Below, in pieces: positions 54,868-64,000 of a stretch of DNA of 64,000 bases. The stretch covers positions 160,001-224,000 of the forward strand of contig CAWCYD010000002.1 of assembly GCA_963799775.1 (NCBI GenBank), in the 5' to 3' direction. Within the stretch, counting starts at the first letter, position 1. Each line of letters opens with the position of its first letter. Source of the stretch: an uncultured archaeon. Lineage in GTDB: Archaea; Thermoproteota; Nitrososphaeria; Nitrososphaerales; Gagatemarchaeaceae. The translations under genes and the position numbers were made by a program. A model generated the notes under the pieces. That model searched no databases and was not told where the DNA came from. It was given only the letters and a program-made list of their open reading frames with translations.

Positions 54868-56200
54868 GTGACCTCCAAGCCGCAGCTGTTCCCGAACAGC
54901 AAGTACAGACACCTGCTGGAAGACGAAGCCTTCGCCTCGTGGATAGAGAACATCGCAAGAGGAAGCAAGGTGAACGCCGAGGTCACACTGCGCAGAATCG
55001 GGAGGATCTGCATGCTCCTTCAGACGACGCAGAAGGACCTGGCCGTCATGTCCAAGGGAGAGGCTGGGGCCTTCCTGTTCAGGGTGGTCTCCCGCATGGA
55101 GAGCGACGGGAACAGGAGCTCGACCATCGCCGGGTGCGTCAAGCAGCTGAAGGGGTGGTGGCGCTTCAACGACCTCGAGGTGACGAGGCAGGTGAGGCTC
55201 GCCAGGGACGTGGGGGTGTACGACAACGAGCGCGTCCCCTCCCACCAGGAGCTTCACTCGATCTTCGAGCACGCTGACCTCCAGAAGAGGGTCGCCTGCG
55301 CCCTGATGGCGTTCTCCGGCGTCAGGCCGGGGGTGCTGGGGAACAGGGACGCGAACGACGGCCTGATGGTGTCAGACCTGCCTGAGATGGTGATAAGGAA
55401 AGGCGACGCGGGACAGGACAGCGTCGAGTTCCTGAAGGTGCCTGCCATGGTGATCGTCCGGAGGACGATCTCCAAGACGGGAAGGCAGTACATCTCCTTC
55501 CTGCCCGAGCAGGGGTGCGGCTACGTGCGGCAGTACCTGGAGTGGAGGATGCACGTCCTGAAGGAGAAGATCGAGGGTGCCTCCCCGTTGCTCACCGCCA
55601 ACCAGTTCAACCCCCGCTACATCGGCAGGTTCGTCAGGGTGTGCAACGTGAGCGACGCGGTAAGGCACGCGATCAGGGCCGCGGGGTTCGGCTGGAGGCC
55701 TTACGTCCTGCGGAGGTACTTCGACACGAGGATGATGGGCGCGGAGCAGGAGGGGAAGGTCATCAAGGACTACCGCGTGTTCTGGATGGGGCACACCGGG
55801 GACATCGAGCACGTCTACACGCTCAACAAGGGAAACCTCCCCGACGGACCTGCTCGAGGGGATGAGGCAGGCCTACGCGAAGGCCTCCGAGAAGCACCTG
55901 GCGACCCTGGTCCAGGCGAGCATAAGCAGGGACGAGGTCGTGAACACTGCGCGGGCCGAGGCGCTCAAGATGTTCGGCTACACGGACGAGGAGCTCCTGG
56001 GGGTCGGCGACATCACCCGGATCACGATGGAGCAGCTCCAGCAGCTCATCCACGATAGGTCGAAGCAGATGCTCGGGCTGAAGGAGGGGACGCAGAAGGT
56101 CGTGCCCGTCGCGGACCTCGAGCGCTGGATAGAGCAGGGGTGGGACTACAAGCGGGACCTGCCCGACGGGAGGGCCGTGATAGGGCTGAGGACTGCCTAG
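54868..56200 (+). CDS. Tyrosine recombinase/integrase (frameshift near 55845)
   Basis: SGVRPG (R), ISKTG (K), YVLRRYF (H/Y-xx-R), MGH, HVY (Y). Confidence 0.92.
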
Positions 56201-56205
56201 GTGAC

Positions 56206-56425
56206 TCACGCGCGCCTGAGCAGCGGTCCTCTCGACGCTCCCTTCCTCTCGAGTTCTCTTTCCAGCCGCTGCAGATAGTGCGGGATCATGAGCCTCGGCC
56301 TTCCTGAAGGGCAGCGAGTCGGGTTCAGCGAGCAGGTCGGACAACACTGGGCTGTCAGGGGACAGCTTCTCCCTCAAGCGCTCCTTGAAGGCGCGCATGT
56401 CCACCGCATTATTCTCGAGCGTCAT
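56206..56425 (-). CDS. Small integrase-convergent protein, copy 1 (frameshifted)
   Basis: MTLENNAVDMRAFKERLREKLSPDSPVLSDLLAEPDSLP, identical to the start of 60193-60414. Confidence 0.65.
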
Positions 56426-56759
56426 CTTCAGATTCATGAAAATGTGCGGCAGACGCTTTTAACGGGAGATTGGGGCCGATGCGCAGCCCTCTACTTTAGG
56501 CTCGTCAGTGCATGCGATTTTCAGCTTGATTGATACGACCGTTCGGCTCTTCTTGCATCAAAGGCCACGCTGAGGTTTCGATTTTCAACGCGCTTAAAAA
56601 TGACAATCATGACGATAATGACATGGGTTGCAAGACCCACTTCGCGCGAATAGCTGCTCAGTTCCAGCTCGACGTCGAAGAGGAGCTTCCACAATCTTGC
56701 CAGCCAAGACCGAACAGTAGCCTACGCAGACAGTTTGTCTTGGCAGCGTGGAATCCAAT

Positions 56760-57626
56760 TTATTGTGTCCTGGCTTTCCTGCCCTTAGTATTGATGCCTC
56801 GTGTGGGTTGTGGCGTAATCTTTCCGCCGCTCGTCATCCGTATCTTCTGCTTCCGCAATAGAGCCTTTAGGCCGAACCGTACATCGCTGGGTCTTAGTTC
56901 ACCTTTGGAAGCTGTGATCAGTGCACTCTCACTATGGTGCCCTTCTCCTATGAGCCTGGTCAGTACACGCATCATGAGCTTCTCTTCTGCCACCCTTCTC
57001 AGCTTTCTCATGAACGGCACCTTCAGTCCATAGCGTTCATCCAGCTCCTTGCACCTGTCGTAGAGTCCGCTCTCCCACACGCTGTCCGTCAACTCGGATT
57101 GGACGATGCATTCTTCGAAGATTGCGTCGTAGTCAAGTCCAGACCGGGCAAGCAGGTACATGTCTTCCAGGTCACGGTCCCTGTCCGTCACTGATTTCAT
57201 GAGGAAGATGTCTTCCTTCGACAGTAGAAACAATGTTAGCTTGTTCTTCCTATAGGACGGCGTTGCGCGCGGTTTCATGGTTTCTGTAAGAGCGAGCTTG
57301 CCCGCCACCACCTTCTCGAAGACGTCCCACCTGAACCCGTCGCTGTTCTCAAGAACGGCGGAAGCAGAGAGATTGAGATACGCCGATGGCAACATGTTTA
57401 CAGCAAGTTCGCGGTACTGAACATCCAGGAGGGCTTTCATGAGAATCCTGAACCGTGATTTATCTTCAAGAATCACATCAATATCTTTCGTCCCAGGCTT
57501 CAAACCATAATGAGCCATGACAAAACCTCCAGCTACGTAGACGTTCAGAGGGCTTGCGAGCGCTGAATCCAAGCGGTCAAGCTCTTTTCCAATATAGTGT
57601 AGGTTGAACTCCTTTCTCTGCGTCAT
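56760..57626 (-). CDS. Nucleotidyltransferase-like protein with C-terminal winged helix
   Basis: VAGG..GTKDIDV, LMKS..RDRDLED. Confidence 0.8.
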   Translation of the reverse strand: MTQRKEFNLHYIGKELDRLDSALASPLNVYVAGGFVMAHYGLKPGTKDIDVILEDKSRFRILMKALLDVQYRELAVNMLPSAYLNLSASAVLENSDGFRWDVFEKVVAGKLALTETMKPRATPSYRKNKLTLFLLSKEDIFLMKSVTDRDRDLEDMYLLARSGLDYDAIFEECIVQSELTDSVWESGLYDRCKELDERYGLKVPFMRKLRRVAEEKLMMRVLTRLIGEGHHSESALITASKGELRPSDVRFGLKALLRKQKIRMTSGGKITPQPTRGINTKGRKARTQ

Positions 57627-58561
57627 AGACTAACACCATACAACTTGGCTTGCTCCTTAAGCTCACCCCAGCGCGGCAGGGGCCTGGCCTGAACCTCGCC
57701 TCTTGAATCGACATATCGCTTGATTGATTCGACGTACTGTTTCATTCCATACTTTTCGGCCTTTTGGATGAGCGACTCGAAGTCTATCTTATTGGAGTTC
57801 TTGAATAAGGCGAGCAGTGCGTACGTCGCGTAGGACTGACTCGTCGGGTCAATAAGGAGAGTGTGGATCACGATATCGTCGAGTGCGAGGTGATTGACTC
57901 CCGGGGCATAGAAGTAGTATTCATCGTTGGTAACGAGCTGGATTCCGTACGAGGATAAGGCCGACAAGGCTGTCTTGATGAAATTCCCTTTCAGGTCAGT
58001 TCCCGTCCTGATTCGAAAGAGGTATCTGTATCCGGCGCTCCATATGATCACAGCACCTGAAGGCAAAACCTGCGAAGCGAATACCCTGCTGACGTAATCC
58101 TCGTACGCGTCGAGAAATCGCCTCACCCTCGCGTTCGAAGCAACTTGAGAGGGGTCGGAGGTCAGTCCGTGCATCGCCAGATTTCGCATCGCCCTCCATT
58201 TTGTCGATCTTGAGACATCATTAGGATTCAGGCTTTCGAATTTGCTCAGGAGTAACCTCATCGTCGAGTACGATAGGAGTTCTTCCCAAGGAACCCTTGG
58301 TTCGTTCTTGATCAAGTCTGAAAGTAACTGCGCGTGGCTGTTCTGGGCCACGGAGGCTACCGTGTGAATACCGGTCTTCTGGGTTTGCGCAAGTCCTTTT
58401 CTCTGTAGCGCTTTGACGACGTGGCTGGCCGAGGCTTGCGATTTTCCCAAAGTCACTGCGAGTTCGGAGATAGATAGCGACCGCTTGGAAAGCTCTCTAA
58501 ATGCGGACACCTCTGACTTGGTGAACGTGAACTGGTCAAACGGCTGTCTCACATGTTTCAT
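57623..58561 (-). CDS. HTH-containing partner of the nucleotidyltransferase
   Basis: N-terminal HTH (SISELAVTLGKSQ); ATGA overlap with the next gene. Confidence 0.75.
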   Translation of the reverse strand: MKHVRQPFDQFTFTKSEVSAFRELSKRSLSISELAVTLGKSQASASHVVKALQRKGLAQTQKTGIHTVASVAQNSHAQLLSDLIKNEPRVPWEELLSYSTMRLLLSKFESLNPNDVSRSTKWRAMRNLAMHGLTSDPSQVASNARVRRFLDAYEDYVSRVFASQVLPSGAVIIWSAGYRYLFRIRTGTDLKGNFIKTALSALSSYGIQLVTNDEYYFYAPGVNHLALDDIVIHTLLIDPTSQSYATYALLALFKNSNKIDFESLIQKAEKYGMKQYVESIKRYVDSRGEVQARPLPRWGELKEQAKLYGVSL

Positions 58562-58584
58562 AAAACTAAAATACTATTTAAGTA

Positions 58585-58731
58585 TTATATTTTTATGCAA
58601 CATAGAAGCTCCAGATTCCACCTGAACAGTTCGGCGACCTGGGGTTGCGTAAAGCCGGCTGTCCTGGACAGCTCGAGCAGTTCTTCCCTCGAAAGCAGGC
58701 CGTATGTGAGAAGACCCTCCAACTCGGCCAT
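58585..58731 (-). pseudogene. Truncated N-terminus of a probable AbiEii-type toxin
   Basis: MAELEGLLTYGLLSREELLELSRTAGFTQPQVAEL.. directly after the AbiEi-like gene, then AT-rich sequence. Confidence 0.45.
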
Positions 58732-58735
58732 ACGC

Positions 58736-59525
58736 TCATCTCGCCGCATCGGCTAGGACGGCTTTGACGTGCTGATTGAAAACAGTCTTGCCTCTTCCAG
58801 GGGGAACGTCGGCTTCGGTCTTGAGAATCGCACGAATCTCCTCTGCGATGCCCCGCCTCGAAGCGAGTTTGGTCAGCCGCGAGACGTCCAGACCTCCGAA
58901 CTTCATGGCATCCCGCATGATTCTCCCGACCTCGACCTCCGGGAATGGAATTCGCCTGCGTGTGCTTTCGAAGTAAAGGTCGATCAGACCCCTCTCTACC
59001 GAAGCCACTCCTCCTTTGGTGTTACCAGACAGCTCTCTCCGTTCCCGGATGACAAACAGGTCCCTCCTTGGTCAAGCCGAGCGCAAGGTTCACCTCCCTT
59101 CCGCTTTTCGGGTTGAGCAGGGTCGTGAATCCACCTTTCTCCAGCGCCTCGGCCGCACTCTCGCCTGCGCCCAGCCCTACATAGACCAGGTGCACGGCTC
59201 TCCTGGGGAAGAGGTGAATGAATGGACCCAACACGGAATACCCAGTCACCATGAAGTCGATGCCGGCGTCCGATAGCAGCTTCCTCCCTCTCTCAAGGTC
59301 CGGGGAGATGTTTCTTTTGGTTGCGATACCTTCGCTCTTGGGTTCTGCTCTGAACACGCCGTATCTCACTTTGGTCATCTTACCCTCCCGCGCCAGGTCG
59401 TTGAGAAGTCGGTAGATCGTACCACGGCTGTAGCTTGTCAGCACTTTGGCGGCTTCGCTAGCCGTGAAGCTCCTGTGTGCGAGGTTGTTCCGGAGTTCGA
59501 CTAGCGCCTTTTCCTCCCAGTTCAT
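58736..59525 (-). CDS. AbiEi-like (type IV TA) antitoxin/regulator (frameshift near 59055)
   Basis: wHTH LAREGKMTKVRYGVF; ASVERGLIDLY. Confidence 0.7.
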
Positions 59526-59680
59526 TACTCGCAGTAAGACTGGTCAAGTTTTAAAGCTTTTGCCTAGTCTTACTGTTGGTCGGATGTTGCGGTTCCATTT
59601 GTCAGGCACGTTGCGATTTTGCTCGGCAGGTCTTGCGCCACCGACCAGCCACCCATCAGGCGGTATGTGCCGCGCGGCCT

Positions 59681-60118
59681 CTAGTTCCATTTCAGTTGCT
59701 GGGGGAGCCTCAGCATGGCGTCTTTTGATATCTTTACGGCTCTCTCCGCGTTCTCGACCGCCGCGCGCTTGGCGTCACCGTCGGCGGCGATCCAGCGCAT
59801 CGTCTCGGCCTTGTCGTGGAACAGCCTGTCGAGGTCCTTCCGGAACCCGTCAAGCGCCTGGTACTCGCTCTCGCTGATTAGCCCCTGGCGCCTGAGATAC
59901 CGCATCTTGTATTTCATCGACTTGCGGTTCAGACCGTAGTGCTCCTCGTCGTCCTTGTTCATGGCCACGAGCTGCAGGAACATCATGTCGATGTGAAAGT
60001 CTGACAGTATCATCCATGATGCAAGCTTGCTCAGGTGGAGGTCCACTATGGCGCGCGGAACGCCGGGTCTTTCCCCGCCTCCTTCGAAGTCGGGGTCGGT
60101 AGAGCCCCTCCCTTCCAT
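59681..60118 (-). CDS. Hypothetical helical protein (HEPN/MtlR-like pattern)
   Basis: KMRYLRRQGLISESEY..FRKDLDRLFH. Confidence 0.5.
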   Translation of the reverse strand: MEGRGSTDPDFEGGGERPGVPRAIVDLHLSKLASWMILSDFHIDMMFLQLVAMNKDDEEHYGLNRKSMKYKMRYLRRQGLISESEYQALDGFRKDLDRLFHDKAETMRWIAADGDAKRAAVENAERAVKISKDAMLRLPQQLKWN

Positions 60119-60192
60119 GTCAGTATCCCATTCACTACTTTGTAAAAACGATTGCTGATTGTGTCGATTTCTCGGCAGCGAGCCGGTGCCGT

Positions 60193-60414
60193 TCACACAC
60201 GCATGAGGCGCGGTCCTCTTCCTCTCGCTTCGTGTCTTTCGAGCTCCCTTTCGAGTCTCTGGAGGTAGTGAGGGATCAGGACTTCGGCCTTCCCCACAGG
60301 CAACGAGTCGGGTTCAGCGAGCAGGTCGGACAACACTGGGCTGTCAGGGGACAGCTTCTCCCTCAAGCGCTCCTTGAAGGCGCGCATATCGACCGCGTTA
60401 TTTTCGAGCGTCAT
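60193..60414 (-). CDS. Small protein, copy 2
   Basis: Intact 73-aa duplicate of 56206-56425. Confidence 0.7.
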   Translation of the reverse strand: MTLENNAVDMRAFKERLREKLSPDSPVLSDLLAEPDSLPVGKAEVLIPHYLQRLERELERHEARGRGPRLMRV

Positions 60415-60567
60415 CTTCCAATTCGTCAGAGTGTGCGACGAGAAGCTCTTAACGCGAGCCTGAGGGGTTCAATCGACCGAGAGAAGCCTATCCTGAGGAA
60501 ATGTTCCCTCTTAGCTGCCGAGACAACCGGTCAACGTATATATGCGGACAGAACCAATTAGGCGATA

Positions 60568-60839
60568 TGTTGAAGGACGAAGTGATGTCAGAGGTGGATT
60601 ACAAGCTTCTGGAAAATCCACGCATGGCGAAGCAGGCATTGCAGACAATCATCCAGACGAAGCAGGGGCTTGATGACTTTGTAGACACGCTTCAATTTCT
60701 GTCCGACCCGAAGGCTCGAAAGAATCTTGAGAAAGGCTTGAAAGAGGCTGGCCAAGGCCACGCGGTCAAGCTCACAGTCAAAGAACTCAGAAAGAGACCG
60801 GAACGAGCTATGAGTCCGAGTTCACGCCGACCTTCCTGA
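60568..60839 (+). CDS. Antitoxin (RelB/Phd-like C-terminus), stop codon lost
   Basis: DTLQFLSDPKARKNLEKGLKEAGQG. Confidence 0.7.
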
Positions 60840-61069
60840 AGTTACTTAAGAGACTAGATAGCCAAATCAAGGAACGCGTCCTAAAGGAAATCGGGCAGGC
60901 ACTCAAGGATCCGAGAAACGGTTCCCAACTCGTGTTCGCCAGTTAGGTCTGCTTCAAGTGGAGAGTCGGAGATTACCGGATGATTTACACTATAGACGAG
61001 AAAAGGAATGTTCTCACCTTCATCGTCGTCGACCATCGCAGCAAGGTCTACAAGCGCTACAGGCTGTGA
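60803..61069 (+). pseudogene. RelE toxin pseudogene
   Basis: SYESEFTPTFLKLLKRLD..*..KWRVGDYRMIY..DHRSKVYK; start is ACG and there is an in-frame TAG at 60944. Confidence 0.85.
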
Positions 61070-61299
61070 TCATTTTCCGAACTGATTCTGAATAGCGCGC
61101 GGAGGAAGGGAGAATTCACCCTGGCCGAACCCGTCTAGGTCGTGATAGAGCTGTTCTGCCTGGGAGGGTCCGGCAGGGACGGCGCGATGAAGCTCTACGG
61201 GAAGATGAGGCAAAAAATTGAGCGGAACAGGGGTGTCTAACTCGAACGATCCACTCCATCGTGGGCAGGCGTGAATAAGGCCTCGAGCGTGGCTGCGAA

Positions 61300-61650
61300 A
61301 TGAGTCGGAAGTCTCCGAAAGAGAAGGGCTTCGAGGTCACGGTGCCCGCTGAGTTCCGGGAATACTATCGGTCGGTGAATGAAGGCGAGGAAATGAAGAA
61401 GTCGATTGATTCGCTGGTTGAAAGCCTGGAGAGGGCCCCGCTCAAAGCAGGCGCCTTCGTCCCGAAGGACAGGTGGCCAGAGGAATACAAGCGGATGGGG
61501 TTGGGGAACTTCTACAAGGCCAACCTCACGAAAGGCGCGAGGATCTCATACACTGTGATTCTGAATCGTGACGGGAGCGGAACAGTGAGAGTGATTGATT
61601 TCTTCCAGACCCACAAGGACTACGCTAAGAAGTTCGGGTACGACGTCTGA
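61300..61650 (+). CDS. RelE-like small protein (putative toxin)
   Basis: WPEEY..GARISY..IDFFQTHKDYAKKFGY; homologous to 13692-14021. Confidence 0.7.
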   Translation: MSRKSPKEKGFEVTVPAEFREYYRSVNEGEEMKKSIDSLVESLERAPLKAGAFVPKDRWPEEYKRMGLGNFYKANLTKGARISYTVILNRDGSGTVRVIDFFQTHKDYAKKFGYDV

Positions 61651-61662
61651 AGTGTTTCTCGT

Positions 61663-61962
61663 CTAGCCTCGGAGGCGCACGCCGGTCCTGATTAGCGCCT
61701 CTAGCTTGGGATTGTCGACGGCAACCCAGACTATCCTCCTCCTTCCATCGAATATGACCTTATTCGATGCCTCCAGGTACTGCAGGATGCTCTGGAACGT
61801 CTGGTACATCATCCTCCTGGGGAGGGAACGCCAGAGCTGAACCTTCGAAGGCGGGGTATTGCTCTGCTTTATGGCTGCTTCAACCATCAGAATACTATCG
61901 AGCGTAGGTGAATGCGAGGCACTATCCGATCTACGTCCCCGCACAGAGTCGCTCTTCAGCAA
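61663..61962 (-). CDS. Small winged-helix-like protein
   Basis: HSPTLDSILMVE..LWRSLP..YLEASNK; homologous to 14018-14293. Confidence 0.72.
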   Translation of the reverse strand: MLKSDSVRGRRSDSASHSPTLDSILMVEAAIKQSNTPPSKVQLWRSLPRRMMYQTFQSILQYLEASNKVIFDGRRRIVWVAVDNPKLEALIRTGVRLRG

Positions 61963-62141
61963 GGCGCTCGTGTGAGTTATATAACTATATATAAATATTC
62001 TATCCTGAGCGCTGTGATGCCGTCCCTCTCTTCATCCCTAGTCTTCTCGAACGCGGCGGTTTACCGGGGATTCGCGCCCGGGGGCTGGACCGTATCGGGC
62101 CAGTACTCTCTGTTATCAACATCGGGGGCCTGGCCCTTCTT

Positions 62142-62453
62142 TCAGAGCGCTCCTATCCGCCTGAGGAACTCGCTTCCAAGCTCCGTAAGCCGGTAGAATG
62201 AGTAATCCTCGCTACCCTCGACCTTCCTGTAGTGGTTCTCCACCAGGCCAGCCTTCATCAGGGCCTTGAGGTGGTGGTTGAGGGTGCTTGGGTTCATCGG
62301 GAGGACGAGCTGCGTGAGTTCCCTGAACGAGAGTTCGCTCTTCTCGGCCAGCATCATGGTCAAAGCCTGCCTCGTGGGCTCCGCCAGCGCATCCAGCATG
62401 ACCCGGGTCTCGCTCGGGATCTTCTCCTTGTACCTCAGAATCGTCGACGGCAT
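62142..62453 (-). CDS. ArsR-family regulator
   Basis: ALAEPTR, STLNHHLKALMKAGLV, YRLTELG. Confidence 0.88.
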   Translation of the reverse strand: MPSTILRYKEKIPSETRVMLDALAEPTRQALTMMLAEKSELSFRELTQLVLPMNPSTLNHHLKALMKAGLVENHYRKVEGSEDYSFYRLTELGSEFLRRIGAL

Positions 62454-62667
62454 GCGCAGCTCCCTCGGTAAGTCCGGGCGCGTATAAACTTGACGACCAT
62501 CAATTTAGATTGACCTCTGTGTGCAGTCAAGAAACGGGGGCAACTTTTTCTTGCACCGCGCAACGCTTAGCGGCCCCTCTCAATAGCGGAGAGATTTCCA
62601 ATAACAGTGGAATTTAGGCAAATCTTAAATATGTGCGGCTCTCAATATCGCCTGCAGAGGTAGAAAG

Positions 62668-62964
62668 ATGTCAAAGTACGAGTCATCAGGACCGTTCTCT
62701 TCGATATTTGGGAGCGCGGAAGCCAGAGTCCTGGATCAGAGCCTGCTGGTCGGCAACATGGAGCAGACGATATCCATGCTCGGAGAATCGACCGGCATGA
62801 GCTTCAAGACCGTCCAGAAGGTCGTGGACAAGTTCGTCGAGAGGAAGGTCATGGAACCGACGCGCAAGATAGGGAACGCGCAGGCATACAAGTTCAAAGT
62901 GGAAAACGACTTGCACGAGCTCGTAGACTGGGCGTCGAAGTACCAGTCATCCAGGACCGACTAA
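62668..62964 (+). CDS. Winged-helix protein
   Basis: FGSAEARVLD..TGMSFKTV..TRKIGNAQAY. Confidence 0.8.
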   Translation: MSKYESSGPFSSIFGSAEARVLDQSLLVGNMEQTISMLGESTGMSFKTVQKVVDKFVERKVMEPTRKIGNAQAYKFKVENDLHELVDWASKYQSSRTD

Positions 62965-63156
62965 CCTGGAACGGGATACCAGATATTGAAATAAATAGCT
63001 CGCCACCGCCGTTCGAGTGCGGTTCGATGACAGCCCAACGGGTCACGGGACCTCCAGAGGAGGTAACGTCCGCGATTGAACGGCGAGAACCGCTAAAAAG
63101 GATCTTTAGCGCCTGATTGCGTCTCTGACCTGGGTATCACGGTCTCCCGGACTGGT

Positions 63157-63249
63157 TAATGCACAAGGGTTGTGCATTAGCCCAAAAGCCACAATGCACA
63201 GGGGTTGTGCATTATTCCAAGTGCAATAATGCTCCAGGGTGGAGCATTA
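63157..63249. repeat. Three 23-bp palindromes at an exact 35-bp period
   Basis: TAATGCACAA-GGG-TTGTGCATTA (63157), CAATGCACAG-GGG-TTGTGCATTA (63192), TAATGCTCCA-GGG-TGGAGCATTA (63227). Confidence 0.92.
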
Positions 63250-63341
63250 GCATCGATCCGAATGTCCGGTGCTCCTAGGGCCCACGTACTCTTCGAAACT
63301 CGACACGCCAGGGGCTCCTCTGGGGTCAAGGTGGACCTGCG

Positions 63342-63447
63342 ATGTCACCCTTCGAACCAGAAATGTCACCCTTCGCCCCTTTTCGATGTCACTATTCAGC
63401 CTCAGAATCCTTCTGGATGTCCACTTTCGACCCGAATGTCCACTTTG
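63342..63447 (+). repeat. Five iteron-like direct repeats
   Basis: ATGTCACCCTTCG (63342, 63363), ATGTCACTATTC (63386), ATGTCCACTTT (63417, 63436). Confidence 0.75.
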
Positions 63448-63909
63448 CCATCGGTATGCGCGCCTTTTCGTCATGGCTCGGCCCTGACCGGCTCGCGACA
63501 CCGGGTGTGTTGGGCTCGACTGTGTCCGAGGTCATGGAAAGGGCGACAGGAACGGCCGCGCTCTGCCCGCGTTAAATATCCCTGCCTACTCCACCGCTAT
63601 TCAAAGCAACCCCCCCAAAACAAAAACAGAGGCCCGCTCCAGTAGGAGTGTGCCGTCCGAGAAGCAGGGTAGCTTCGGCTATGCCCGAGCGGTAGAGCTG
63701 CGCGATTGCTACTTCGTCCTAGAGGCAATGATTCTGAGCCGCAACCACCCCGAACATTTAGCTCACCACTCACCCTTACGTTAGGAGATCCGTAGACACG
63801 CCAATATCAAAAAGCCCCGGGAGGTTGGAGGGCGCTGCATGTGCGTCCTGGACAGGACGAAGAATGGATGCGAAGCTCCTCTTCAGGAAGCGACGGCCGG
63901 GTTCCTCCA

Positions 63910-64000
63910 ATGCAGACCTTTGACACCGCCGTCCTAATCGCCCACATGGACAGCAAAGACCCCCGATACGAAAAAGCGAACGAGTGCGTCTTCGACATCG
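63910..64000 (+). CDS. VapC PIN-domain protein, N-terminus (runs off right edge)
   Basis: MQTFDTAVLIAHMDSKDPRYEKA. Confidence 0.65.
   Translation, partial: MQTFDTAVLIAHMDSKDPRYEKANECVFDI

Noticed and set aside
1-60000. More than 20 frameshifts in conserved genes (cca, rnz, prs, dapA, prpD, mutase, integrase) as programmed frameshifting or mass pseudogenisation
   Set aside because: They hit essential genes, often at short homopolymers, and leave motifs intact; long-read indel error is the simpler explanation. The integrase's intactness therefore cannot be judged here.
60944-60946. In-frame TAG as pyrrolysine or recoding
   Set aside because: The same gene has also lost its start codon, and TAG is used as a normal stop throughout the window
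63157-63249. Palindromic repeats as a CRISPR array
   Set aside because: Only three units, 12-bp linkers are too short for spacers, and there are no cas genes in the window

Overview
GC-rich archaeal DNA, most consistent with a non-ammonia-oxidising Nitrososphaerota (Thaumarchaeota)-like genome; this is inferred from gene content, TATA boxes and a BHB-intron tRNA. Many conserved genes carry single-base frameshifts, which suggests an unpolished long-read assembly. 1-34 kb is mostly core: tRNA maturation (cca, thpR, rnz, trm11), prs, cinA-like, GPN GTPase, dapA/dapB, and a propionyl-CoA cluster (prpB/C/D, meaB, split methylmalonyl-CoA mutase). Two small accessory islands lie at about 6.6-8.4 kb and 10.3-14.9 kb. 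A tRNA-Asp(GUC) with two non-canonical BHB introns lies at 34132-34239. 34.5-64 kb is accessory. Its main feature is an integron-like array of short integrase-free gene cassettes separated by repeated tRNA 3'-end fragments: eight tRNA-Gln-like TAGCCCGTCCAGG sites at 35424-50049, then three to four Lys/Arg-like sites at 51254-54808. The array ends just upstream of a tyrosine integrase that points away from it. Cassettes carry toxin-antitoxin pairs, regulator+oxidoreductase pairs (one cassette present twice with matching ends), a transporter and surface proteins. Right of the integrase are more TA modules and an origin-like region with 35-bp-period palindromes. I found no intact Gln, Lys/Arg or Asn tRNA in the window.
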